A stretch of 63,237 nucleotides of DNA, the filler included, from Reticulomyxa filosa (lineage: Eukaryota; Protista; Foraminifera): the NCBI GenBank assembly GCA_000512085.1. It is 14 parts of 14 records of this genome, joined end to end, with 100 filler letters (N's around TTAATTAATTAA, not from the genome) between each part and the next. Parts side by side here need not be neighbours in the genome. Positions count along the whole stretch, not along the records: positions 12,833 to 33,036 come from ASPP01008045.1; positions 33,137 to 34,880 come from ASPP01008647.1; positions 34,981 to 36,465 come from ASPP01016634.1; positions 36,566 to 37,680 come from ASPP01028661.1; positions 37,781 to 39,001 come from ASPP01011428.1; positions 39,102 to 41,003 come from ASPP01022817.1; 8 more parts are not named here. The stretch is one strand, 5' to 3'. Within the stretch, counting starts at the first letter, position 1. Every line of letters begins with the position of its first letter. Positions 27,860 to 39,449 of the stretch are shown here, one piece after another. Position numbers and translations under genes: made by a program. A model generated the notes under the pieces. That model was not told where the DNA came from. It saw nothing but the letters and a program-made list of their open reading frames with translations, and did not search any database.

Positions 27860-29774
27860 TTAAAGTTTAGATGATATCGGCAAAGAGCTGTGAATATCAA
27901 TATTTTCTTTTGGCAATGGAATCAGTACTCCTGGGTTACAAATCCAATTTGGATCAAGGTAGTGTTTTAAAGCTTGGAGAACTTGAACATTGCGATGTCC
28001 AATCTCTTCCCAATAAGCTTTACGGTGATCAACCCCAACAGCGTGGTGATGTGTAGCCGCGCCGTTATTATTAACAATGCATTCATTCAGCTTAGTTTTT
28101 AATAGTGTCCAATCATTTAATACTCTTTTGCAATAAGCCTTTGCACTTTCTTTTTCCTTGCGCTTGTAGTGTACAAGGAGTGTGTAATAAGGCGCACAGC
28201 CATCAACATAGCAATGTGTGAAGCGATAAGTCAACAAATGAAAAGGAGCTTTTTCAGAGGCATTTTTTTTATCGTTAAAATTATGAAAATGTTGTTTGAC
28301 ACAAGCGTGGATGGCATTATTCAAAGCTTTGAAACTAGTCCACGTGACAACCGTCTCAAAAGTTTCACCAAAAATGCCGTATCGCAAGGCATCGGCTCTA
28401 ATATATGGCAAAGCTAAGAAGTTGTAAAACCAATTATTAACTCCATCTTCTTCTTCCTCTTCTTTTTCATTTTCGTTATTGTTTTTGTTTTTCTTTTTGT
28501 CATTAGTTTCTTGTCATTGGTAAGATGTTGTTGTGTCAGTCCAATGCCATGGTACTTTTGAACAATGGTCTTGCAACAATCAAACAGTGCCTGAAAATCG
28601 GACAAAATGTGCGATTCAAATCCTAGCAACAGCACAAACGTGTTGGCAGATTTCGTGACCCGATTTAACCAGGCTTCCATGGGAGAAATGAGGCGACATT
28701 GCGTGGGATGTAAGCCGCTTTGCACAATTTCTCGAACGCAATTGACAGCATTGTTTTCCTCTTTAAACTCGATCCGAACCGTTTGGCTAAATTTTGGAGT
28801 TTTCATTAACTTTAGCGTGACTTTGGTGACGACGCCAAAAGCGCCTTCACTGCCGCAGATCAAAGCACGATTCATATCCAGCCCACTGCCACTGGAAGGG
28901 ATCTTGGGTGTTTCAATTTTGCCCAAGCGTGGGGTGATGAGCGTGGCACTTTGTACAAAATGATCGATTCGTGTCATTTGTGTTGCATAATGTCCGCCAT
29001 TTCTGGTCGAAACCATTCCGCCAATCGATGCAAACTCATAGCTTTGCGGATAATGTCGGAATGTCCACCGTCCATGATATTTGGTTTTCAACTCCTGATT
29101 CAATTGCGGACCGGTCACATTCGCTTCCACTGTCACACATTGCGATTCTTCGTCTACACATAAAATACGGTTCAACCGCTCGAGGCTGCACATTATTACG
29201 CCTTTGTAGAACCGCTTACAAAATGACGAATCCACACCTCCGACCACCGACGTGCCCCCACCATACGTATACATTGCTACCTTGTTCTTTTCGCAGTAGC
29301 GCAATAGCTCTTCAATTTCCTGCTCGTCTTTTGGAAATGCTACGTAATCAGGACATGAATCAAAGTCTTCCTTTTGTCATTCATTATGTGAATATATATA
29401 TATATATATACGTATTGTAGTGGAAACAAACAAACAAAATAAATAAAATGCAAAATGCTACAACTAACCATTAAAACGCGGAGAAAATCTGCTGCTGATT
29501 TGCCGTAGCTGTGGCGCATTCTTTCTTTTTTATCTTGACTGAGAAATGAATATATTGCCTCCGTTTTGTCAACCGTAAACTTTGGAACGGGCAGCACAAT
29601 TTTGTCAACATCAGGAATAGGAACCACTACAGACGAGCCCGAGCCTTCATGTTTTAAACCTGACAGTGCCTTTACCAATTGATCCCGTAATGATGACACA
29701 GTCTTCACTAAAAAATCCGGTGGATTACTGCCCCAGCCGTAAATGTCAAGTTTGCGAACATTTTCATTAGACAT
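27860..29774 (-). CDS. Alkyl-dihydroxyacetonephosphate synthase-like FAD oxidoreductase (VAO/PCMH family) with C-terminal PTS1 (SKL)
   Basis: Motifs YGGGTSVVGG, RHYPQSYEFASIGG..STR.GGH, GSEGAFGVVT, RFTHCY.DG.APYYT, THHHAVG.DHR and LDP.WICNPG. Intron at 29468-29371. One frame break in an A-rich stretch at ~28510. Ends SSKL-stop. Confidence 0.85.
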
Positions 29775-30493
29775 AGTCCCCCCTTGTCAACCCGTGAACC
29801 AAAAAACTTTTCGAACTCTTCCACTTTAACTGCAGTTGTTTGAATACTTGAATTAAGACCGTAGTTTGTTCAAAAAATTTCTAATTTTGTTATAATGAAG
29901 AGTTCGTTTTTGTTATGTTTCAATATTTATACGCTAAATAGCATAGAAACCAAAGGGAAAGTACAAACGTTTTATTCTCTATTCGTCAGATGGTACACAG
30001 TTTTCAAAAGCAATAATGTGTAAATAACACAAAAATAACTTCAAAAAAACAAAGTGTAAAGCGCATTTTTTTTCTCCTGTCACTGCGCTTTACAATGCAT
30101 AAAAAAGGTCTGGTTTAATTCCGTAAATACACTGTATCTAGAAATCTAAGCGCATTCAGAATACGTGCAAATAATTTTTGTAGCGTCGCAATTTTGCAGC
30201 GCAGCAAAAAAAGTTTGCAACAAACCCCTTGAACAAAACGTGCAAACCCCAGTACCACTTTGTTCCGTTTTTTTATTCGTCCTTTTTTTCTGCAGTTAAT
30301 CGTTTTCAGCAGTGCGAAATTATAAATTGAAAAAGATAGACAAAAAAAAAAAATTGAAACGTCTACATTATTTATCAGAACGTGTAGTGTAGCCACATTT
30401 CTGCTCGAGTTGACATTGAAGCAAGATTTGAAAACAAAAAATTATTATAGTGCTTCGTTATTTTAACTGAGTATGCCGAGAAGTTTCCAGAAA

Positions 30494-31074
30494 TCATTTT
30501 TTCGTCTCGTCCAAGTTGTTGACGACAGCCTTGGGTAAATAAAACTTCATTCCAGCAAAATCTGGTGTGACTTTGATTTGGCATCCAAGTCTTGACGTGT
30601 CTTTTACTTCGACTGCCAAATCAAGCATATCTAACTCATCGTCATCTGGCTTGGGCAATTTGTCATATAATTCTTTTTGGACGTAAATATGGCATGTTGA
30701 ACAACAGCATTCCCCACCACAGGCACCTTCGACATCAAAGCCGTTCGATTGACACACATCCAGCATTTTCTCACCAACTTTGCTGGCCACTTCGCCCATT
30801 TTGTCATTCTTTTTCAAAAAATATTGGCTCAAATTGGAAAGGTCATAGCAAAAACAAAACAACACAATAACTCAACTGCGTCAACAATAAAAAATGATAC
30901 CACAGGACCATTATTTGTCGGCTTGGAACAAAAACTTTTTTTTGGAAGTTGTAGCGGACGCAGCAATGACAATATTTGCCTATATCGAGATAGATTATTC
31001 CTTCGAGGGGAATACAGCCGTCTACTTCTTACGATATTGACTGGCATTTTCGTAATACGCCTCTTTGAATACAT
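30494..31074 (-). CDS. Mitochondrial adrenodoxin-type [2Fe-2S] ferredoxin (FDX1/FDX2/Yah1 family)
   Basis: EGACGGECCCSTCHIYV...ELDMLDLA...SRLGCQI signature. The upstream exon is Arg/Ser/Leu-rich and lacks acidic residues, like a mitochondrial presequence. Short intron ~30900-30829 with a probable homopolymer indel beside it. Confidence 0.9.
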
Positions 31075-32461
31075 CTTAGCTTAGTCCACATTTTGTATTA
31101 ACGACAAAAACAATTTGACAAATTGTCGAAATGAGGCCAATGTAAAGGAAGCTTCTGCGCTCTTTCACAAAAATTTTTTAAAGTACCATAAAAAGTTAAA
31201 ACCTCAACCGACATAAAATGGGAAAAAATATTTTAGTTACATTTTTAGTTTAGAGTGTTAAATTTGTATTTTTATGGCTTACACTTTGAGTAAACAAAAT
31301 ATCAGTTCCATGTCGAAAAAGACAACACAAACTGTGGAATCGCTTATTCGGTTTCAAAAAATCGAGAACATCCAATATTAGAAAAACAAAACATCAAATT
31401 TTCAACAAAAGAGAGGAAGGGCTTTAAGTGCTCGCAAGTCAAATGAGAGAAGAAAGAGTAACCACTCAGGAGATTAAGCCAAAAGCTACTGTTATTTTGA
31501 AGATTCCCGCGTTGACAAGCAACACAAAAATAGTCAAAGAGCCACAATTCACGAAATTTTTCGTTATATTATCGCATTGACTGCAGCGTTCTTTTTCAAT
31601 GATATTAGTTTTTCTTGATAATGGAAAAATAAAAAAATTTAGCAAATGTATGATATCTTTGATTTAAAAAAAAGAGTAATAATAATTGCCAAATCAAAGC
31701 GGAGCCACCCGTGACCAGAAAAGACTCATCCCGATAAAGTTTGTGCAATCACCATTTTTGTACTCCCATGAGGTAGTACTAAACATCAATATTGCTTTGC
31801 TTTGACACCTGGTATAAAATCTCATTTATCACTTTTTTTTGAAAGGGAAAATTGTTCAACTTTTGCTTTTTTCCAAAAAACATTATTTTATTTAAAACAT
31901 GCTTCACAGCTTGTCCGTCAATGTCTTGAACCGTCTTAGTAGATTAAAATCACGCTACATATGAGTACTAATTCAGCCTCTTCTCAAACGCAACGTCTCT
32001 TCCACCCACAATCATCCAACAAAGACAGGAATGGGGAAATGGCCAAGCCAAAATAAAGCAAAAACAAAAGCACACTCGATAGTAGTGGACAAGATGATGC
32101 TGTTTGACGGCAATTTTTAAAAAATTTGTTTGATGTATCTTACAAAAGCTTTCTTAAATATAACAAATTGATCTTTTTTGCAATTCATATACTAATCTAC
32201 TTTGGTATTGTATCGTAATTTCAAAACGAACTGATACTCCAAGGTACAAATTTATGTCGTACAATGCAAATACAATAATATGCTTTATTTGATAGATTTA
32301 TTAGTGTTTCATACAAAAAATCAAATAAAAGTATTAACTAATTTGGTCCAAGACAAAAAGATGAAAGACACAAACAGTTTTGCCAACAAGAACATTTTGC
32401 AAAAAAAACAAAATAAAATAAAATAAAGAATAAAAGCTTATATTTAAAAGAAAAATAATTC

Positions 32462-32954
32462 TCACATTTTCGCTTCCTCTAATAATGAACCTTCAATTGG
32501 TGGCATAACAACACCAACAGAATTGTTATTTGAATTAACAGATTGTCTCTTGAAATGATTTGAAACAGAGTGAACATTTTGTTGTGGTTCTAATGCTGAT
32601 AGTCCGAGTTTTTGTCGGAATGCATTGTTTTCGTCTTCAACAATTTTGACACGAATCCCCAATAAATGTTTGACTTCTTTCAAATGTTTAATATTTTCTT
32701 CTCTGTCCGCAACAGTGTCAGCCAATTCATTGGCCAGTAATTGCAGTTGTTGATTTTTTTGGGTTAAAGTTTGCATATCCTCAGACAATCGCGATTTGAA
32801 TAGCGAAAGATGAAAAGCATCATTTTTGTGTTTGGAGAGTTCATCTTCAAAAGCTCGTCGATAAGTGCTGATGGCTGTTTCAGCCGCTTGTTTCTCTTGG
32901 AGCAATTTCTTGACCTCCTTTTCTAATTCCTTTTTCGCATCCAATTGTTTTTGC
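32462..32954 (-). CDS. C-terminal exon of a coiled-coil protein (partial)
   Basis: 160-aa open frame with heptad-like E/K/L/Q composition. The 5' side runs into intron-like sequence and a contig break. Confidence 0.5.
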
Positions 32955-33001
32955 TTGATTTATTATATTAATTGTATTTGTCAGCAAAGTTTATTCAGTT
33001 A

Positions 33002-33036
<35 letters not shown>

Positions 33037-33240
33037 NNNNNNNNNNNNNNNNNNNNNNNNNNNNNNNNNNNNNNNNNNNNTTAATTAATTAANNNNNNNN
33101 NNNNNNNNNNNNNNNNNNNNNNNNNNNNNNNNNNNNGCGTGTGCGTGTGATGTTTATTTATATACATATATATTCATTTGCTCATTTTTATATTTGTATA
33201 CTTTTTTTTTTTTTTTTAAGACAAAAAAAAAAAAAAAAAG

Positions 33241-33560
33241 GTGGACAGATAAAGTCCGTCAATCCAATTGGAAACAATGGCAAGAACGCTGCAATTTGGA
33301 CAATGGCGCTCGTTTTGTGATTTCAATTTATTCCTTTGTCTATGTAGTTATTATTCTTGCTGTGCGCGACAACTGGGATATCAACGACAAACAATCCCAA
33401 CAAACCTTGTTGCTGTTTGCTGTGGAGTTCGGATATTACTTGTGCATCCTCTCATGCTCTTGTCATGGAGAATTAGATGTCACTGAACCATTGGCGCGCA
33501 TTTTCAATGCTTATCGATGGTTGTTTTTGTGCTTATTTGTGTGCTGCATAAATATGATGG
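33241..33560 (+). CDS. Exon of a membrane protein of unknown function (partial)
   Basis: Follows a poly-A..AG acceptor. Contains two to three hydrophobic segments (FVISIYSFVYVVIILAV; LLLFAVEFGYYLCILS). Confidence 0.4.
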
Positions 33561-34009
33561 TTATTGTATTACCTTAGCTATTGCAAGGTTGTCCATTGGG
33601 AGTATTCCAATATTTCCTTCCGAAATAAAAGTCCACCAATAGTTTTTTTGAAATATTTTAAATTTTTTTTTTTTTTCGGCTTGAAGGAACTGTTTTTTTG
33701 TGCAAGAATATTTTCAATTTGCCTGAATGTAGAAAATGACATTTTCTCTACAACTGCATCTTCAAAAAAAAGGGCTTTGCCTTTGTGTAATCCTCAATAT
33801 CGCAAACAATTGAAAACAGCTGATCACAACTTAAAAAAAAATATGAATCTTTGGAGGGGTCCCTTTCAATTGTGAATGCTGTAGTTATTGAGCCCAAAAT
33901 TTTTATTGGTCACGATCAAAATATTTCAGCAATGAGTATATCACCTTTTTAATCTGTTTCTTTTGAATTTTTGACATGTGGTCACTATATAAAAAAAAAC
34001 GTGTTAAAA

Positions 34010-34786
34010 AGGCGCAGAAAACGTGGATTATCGAAAGAAATTGCAAGAGATCGAAAGAGAGCAAAGAGAGAATGAGAGACGAGCGCGTGATTCGACGATA
34101 GTGAAGAAGCGATTGGTGTTGAGAGATCAGATAACGAAATCGAAGGAACAGCAAAAGCCAAAGTCGGGGCAGTACGAAGCGCACATACGCAAAAAAAAGT
34201 TGTTGATGCGTCGAGCTAAGTCGCGTCTCACATATGAGGCCTCCTCTGAAGCAGTGGACGAGGACATCCAACAAGCTGACACAACAACAACAAAAGAAGT
34301 CGCATCAACAACGTCCACGGATCAAACAAATACTGTTTCGGATAACAAAGAACCTGACGAAGTTTTTTTTTTTTTTCTCACCCTCCCCCCTTTCCTCATT
34401 TTTTGAAAGATGTTGCACACAAAGTTATGTTGTGTATATCTATTGATGGTCAGATAAGTCCCAACGCACAAAACAGCGGAATAATGGTTTTAAGTGATGA
34501 AGAGGAGGCGAAGTTGGAAGTGCTCGAAGAGGCATTCTTGAGGAACGACAAGAACTTTGAGGGGCTGATTTCGTATGAAGTGTTCATGGAATGCCTGAAC
34601 GAGACGAATTTGCAACTGGAAGACGAAATGGACAAAATGTATTTGGTCAAGTTCATTAGCACGTTCGAACAAGGCATCGACTACTATGGCTTCCTACGTC
34701 AAATTCGTTACGTTGGGTCGCGAGAAAATAAAACTATTGTGCAAGTCCTTGAGTTATTCGTCCAAGAGCAGAAAAATATTGAGACA
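34010..34786 (+). CDS. Coiled-coil plus EF-hand-like protein fragment (2 exons)
   Basis: A charged helical exon to 34361, an intron starting GT(T)n, then EAFLRNDKNFEGLISYEVFMECL...GIDYYGFL (EF-hand pair-like). Confidence 0.55.
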
Positions 34787-34980
34787 GTTTATCATTATTA
34801 TTATTATTATTATTTATTAATTATTTGTTATTTATTTGTCTTTTTTTTTTTTTTTTTTTTTTTGGGGGGGGGGGGGGGGGNNNNNNNNNNNNNNNNNNNN
34901 NNNNNNNNNNNNNNNNNNNNNNNNTTAATTAATTAANNNNNNNNNNNNNNNNNNNNNNNNNNNNNNNNNNNNNNNNNNNN

Positions 34981-36398
34981 ATAACAATGATAATAACAAT
35001 AACAATAACAATAACAATAACAATGATAATAATCATAATCATAATCATCGTATTTATAATAGCAGAAGTGGTAGTAATGCTGACGATAGTGGCCATGGAA
35101 GCAATGACGAATACAAAGGGAGACAGAGATATAAAGATAAAGATAAAGATAATAATAAAGATAATAATAATGATAATAATAAAGATAATAATAAAGATAA
35201 AGACAAAGACAACCTAAATGGACAGCGCAATGTGACAATAGACCAACGTGAAGAAAAGGAACGTGAGCAACAGCAAACACAAGAGCATAAGCATAAGACG
35301 AACCACAAAGCAAAGAGCAGGCCGAAATGGGGATATAGGCACAGAAAGAATCACAAGCACAAGCACAAGCACAAGCACAAGCACAAACACAAGCACAAAT
35401 ACAAACACAAACACAAGCACAGACATAAGCATAAGCATAAGCACAAGCGCAAGCACAATTGCAATCGCAAAGAGAAGGACAAGAAGGGGAAACAAGATAA
35501 CAACGAGGAGATAAACAAAGGACAGCCTGAACACATTACTGCTATCAACAACAAGAAAAAAACTCAGAGAGAGCAGAGAAAGCAAGCGAAGCGGGAAAAG
35601 AAACGACAACGAAAAGAAAAGCGTCTTCGATTGCTACAGCAATACATGCAAATGTTAAAGTACTCGAGCCAATCGCAGCCGCGAATTCCACTTGCGCCAT
35701 TGCGCAGCAGTGCAACGACTGTCGGCGGCAATGGACGTGTCAGCGCAGGTGCAGCCTCGACTGTGTTTTCCAATCTTAATCTCAATCTCAATCTTGCTCA
35801 AAGTCAAAACCCAAAGCGAGGTCGAAATGCCAATCTCAATCAAAGTCGTTTGACCCTTGACGTGTCGCCAATGAGCGGTGGCGGCAGCAGCAGCAGCAGC
35901 AGCGGTGTCAATGCTCGACAAGCCAATCGCAGTAGTAACAATCGCTTACAAGCGCATTGGACGCCTAGGCTTCCACATGCGTCGTCTTCTCCCCCGTTTT
36001 ATCGTCTTCCGTCTGCGCAGACCGATACTACGGACAATGACCATGATATCAGTCCAACTGCACATATTGATGAAAACGAACAGGTCGTTACCGCAGCAGC
36101 AACGACGACGACGACGAACGACGACGACGACGACGACAGCGAGAATGACATCGATCACGGCTGCCAATGATGAAATACACTACTTTTATGACATTGCGTT
36201 TTTGATTAGTCAGCCTTTGTTTCTTAAAAACCCCTTGCACGTTCATGACGAAGAAGATCAAGAAGACCAAGAAGAAGATCAAGATCAAGAAGAAGAAGAG
36301 ACCAACAGTGAGCCCATTATGGAACCTTCTCTTGCGAGTGAACGCATCAATCGTCTTTTAATTGTTCCCTTGGATGTTCGGAGTGAATGTGATGAAAT
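34981..36398 (+). CDS. Low-complexity protein fragment (poly-N, (HK)n, poly-S/T/D)
   Basis: Open frame from the contig start through ORF 35232-36170, probably continuing after a frame break. No recognisable domain. Confidence 0.4.
35352..35456 (+). repeat. (CACAAG)n-type hexamer repeat encoding (His-Lys)n
   Basis: About 17 degenerate CAYAAR units. Confidence 0.85.
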
Positions 36399-36432
36399 GT
36401 ATGCTATCTTTGTTTTCATTTGCTTTTATCAC

Positions 36433-36465
<33 letters not shown>

Positions 36466-36565
36466 NNNNNNNNNNNNNNNNNNNNNNNNNNNNNNNNNNN
36501 NNNNNNNNNTTAATTAATTAANNNNNNNNNNNNNNNNNNNNNNNNNNNNNNNNNNNNNNNNNNNN

Positions 36566-37680
36566 TATTATTATTAATAATGAAGAAAAAAAATTAGGTA
36601 TGTATAATGAAGATTTATATAAACAATTACCTGGACCAAAAAAATTAAATCGAGTAAATAATTATAATTATTGGGTAACAGAAAAATCAGATGGAATTAG
36701 ATATATTTTTTATATTGGTAAAATAAGAGTATATTTAATTGATAGATCATTTAAATTTTATAAAATTAATCATTTATTTTATCAATCACAAATGTGTTTA
36801 AAAGAAAAGGTAACATTATTAGATGGTGAATTAATTATTACAAAAAATAATCAATTCATGTATTTAATATTTGATTGTATTGCATATAAAGGACAAAAAT
36901 TATCAAATAATTATACATCAAAAAGATGTAAAGGTGCAAAAGAAATAATAATAGAATATCAGCAAAAAAGAGAAAATTATCAAAAGATACAAAAGCAAAG
37001 AATACAAAATAATAATAATAATAATAATAATGAATTACAATTAATTAATTTAAAAATTGATTTAGATCCTATTCCTATTCATTTAATATGTAAAAATCAT
37101 TATAAAGTAAATGATAATGGTATTGATAAAATTTATCAAAATATTCAATTATTTCAAGATGAATATATTTATACTGAAAAAGATGAAATAACAGGACAAA
37201 TTATTAGACAAAATTTAAATGATGGATTAATATTTACACCTGAGGAATGTAATTATTTAATGGAATCATCATCATCATCTCTTTTTGAATATGGTGTTTT
37301 AATGAAATGGAAACCACTTGGAAAAAATACTATTGATCTTAAAGTTAAAACACCTTTCTTTTTTCGTAATCAATTACTTGCTTTTGCCAATGCAAATAAT
37401 GATATTGATGTTTTATTTGCTCAATCATTCTTACGATCTTTATTTGATTCTCTAAAAAAACAAATTATTGATTTTCATTTTTCTTTTCATCGATCTTCTT
37501 TTCTTCATTCTTTTATTATTGAATTTGCTTGGGATTTTTCTTCTCAACAATGGATTCCTTTACACAATCGATTTGATAAACAAAAACCCAATTTTATTTA
37601 TACTTGCACTGATACTCTCACTGTTATGATGGATAATATTACACATCGTGATTTAAAACAAGCTTTTCGTTCTTCTTCTT
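36566..37680 (+). CDS. mRNA capping enzyme, guanylyltransferase domain (partial, open at both contig ends)
   Basis: Nucleotidyltransferase motifs in order: I EKSDGIR (KxDG), III LLDGEL, IIIa YLIFD, IV DGLIFTP, V MKWKP..NTIDL, VI W...RFDKQKPN. Confidence 0.9.
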
Positions 37681-38154
37681 NNNNNNNNNNNNNNNNNNNN
37701 NNNNNNNNNNNNNNNNNNNNNNNNTTAATTAATTAANNNNNNNNNNNNNNNNNNNNNNNNNNNNNNNNNNNNNNNNNNNNACAGCACTGGTCACAAAAAT
37801 TTCCTTCTATCAATTAAGCTGATATAATCCAAAACAAAGCACGTGATCATTGTTCTCAAAAATTTGCTTGATATCATAACCAATGTTATACATTTGTGAA
37901 TCCACAAAAACAATCTTTTTGTTTTAATTAATAAAATCAGATAATCAGATACAATAACTCAGCAATTACAACTTTACATTATTCAAAAGATAAATGTTCA
38001 TGCCAAACAAGATATCCATGCTGCTTAATTATGTTTTGCTCAAATAATTATTTCATAAGAAAAAAAAAAACAATTGGAAAACGATGCATTCGCAGAGAAA
38101 CAAATTATTGCATCTTTTGTTATTAATAAGGAAATCAATATTCAAGCAAAGATA

Positions 38155-38921
38155 TCAAACAAAGGAAATAAAAAGGACCAAATTAACACGAACACCGCTG
38201 TTAATGTATTCAATATGATGTAGCATATCACCTCGAAAGATGTGCATGCACCCTACTTGATGGGGTACACGAAGCGAAGGTGTTTTAGTATCAAAAGTGA
38301 ACGAAAGACATCCCCCATCGAATGTCTGCCCTAAGCACAAATGCAGAGTAATATCACTATCGTCCCTGTGTACTTGAGAGACAACGCCATTGTCGTCAGC
38401 GACATGATACTCTTGGTAAACAAAAGCTTTGTTCAAGACATTGGTTTGTTTGGTATCATGCGTTTCGACTAACTCTCTGACAATAAACCCTTTGATTTGA
38501 AATTTCATGTTTGCTTGAGTTGCAGACAAAAGTTGGGCTTGCACAAGAGCGTCAAGCAAGGTTGAATTATTGAAAAGGATGTTATTGCACCATTGGTAGA
38601 CAATGGCTTCTATTTTTAATTCGGTCAAATTGTATTCCACCCATTGGACGCCAGTTTTTTGTGTGTAATCCAAGCAAATGTTAATCAAATTTTCGCTAAT
38701 TCGTTGAAACTGTTGCTTCGAGCCAAACACATTCCACGCTTGAAAAACACTTTGTTCTTGTTTTTCAACCACACATTTCCACTCCACTTGGCGAGAGTGA
38801 TCCAAGAGCAAATCCATAATGGACCCCACCGTTGGATTAAACTGCTTTTGCAACGTTTCTAATGTCCGCATTTGGTGGGTCATTATTGTTTCAACTTTTT
38901 CTTCATCCTTCAACTTCACCC
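38155..38921 (-). CDS. 2-oxoglutarate/Fe(II)-dependent oxygenase (OGFOD2/lysyl-hydroxylase-like), 5'-partial
   Basis: HxD...H...R facial triad pattern: HRDDSDITLHLCLG.F.GG.L.F...GCMHIFRGDMLH.....SGVRVNLV. Confidence 0.8.
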
Positions 38922-39103
38922 TACGAACAATTTTTTTTGGTTCATCAAGGAAATAAGATAGAGGAGGAGGGGAGAAAAAAAAAAAAAAAAAAAAAAAAAA
39001 ANNNNNNNNNNNNNNNNNNNNNNNNNNNNNNNNNNNNNNNNNNNNTTAATTAATTAANNNNNNNNNNNNNNNNNNNNNNNNNNNNNNNNNNNNNNNNNNN
39101 NCG

Positions 39104-39449
39104 GGATCGAAGATTCAAAAATCGCTCCACAATTTCACAAAACAGTGCAATCAACCGCTTCAATGTGTTGAGGACGCTACTGGGTGGATACGTGGGCAAT
39201 ATCAGTGCCAGAAGTCAATTGTATTATGCCTCCCCTCACAAAGACCTCGTCGCTGTGGATATGAATGAATCGTTCGGTTACCAAAAAAAACCGAATCAAT
39301 CAGATTCAAGAAGTGAAAGAGCCTGCTATTGACAAGGCCACCACTCAAACAATGGTAGCTCCAAGGGACGAGCTTTTCAATGATTTCCCCAAGTCCATTC
39401 AATGATTCAAAATAACGGAATGCTTGATTGTGGAATTGTCATTGAAATC
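39104..39449 (+). pseudogene. Decayed copy of an internal segment (20830-21190) of the HECT ligase gene
   Basis: Colinear nucleotide similarity (CTGGGTGGATACGTGG, ATTGACAAGGCC.CCACTCAA, TTCCCCAAGTC.ATTCAATG) with deletions, frameshifts and a TGG-to-TGA change. Confidence 0.85.

Noticed and set aside
13138-35609. Hydrophobic or Cys-rich antisense ORFs (e.g. 13138-13848, 18221-18793, 19523-19885, 35214-35609)
   Set aside because: They are shadows of low-complexity sense-strand coding sequence and microsatellites.
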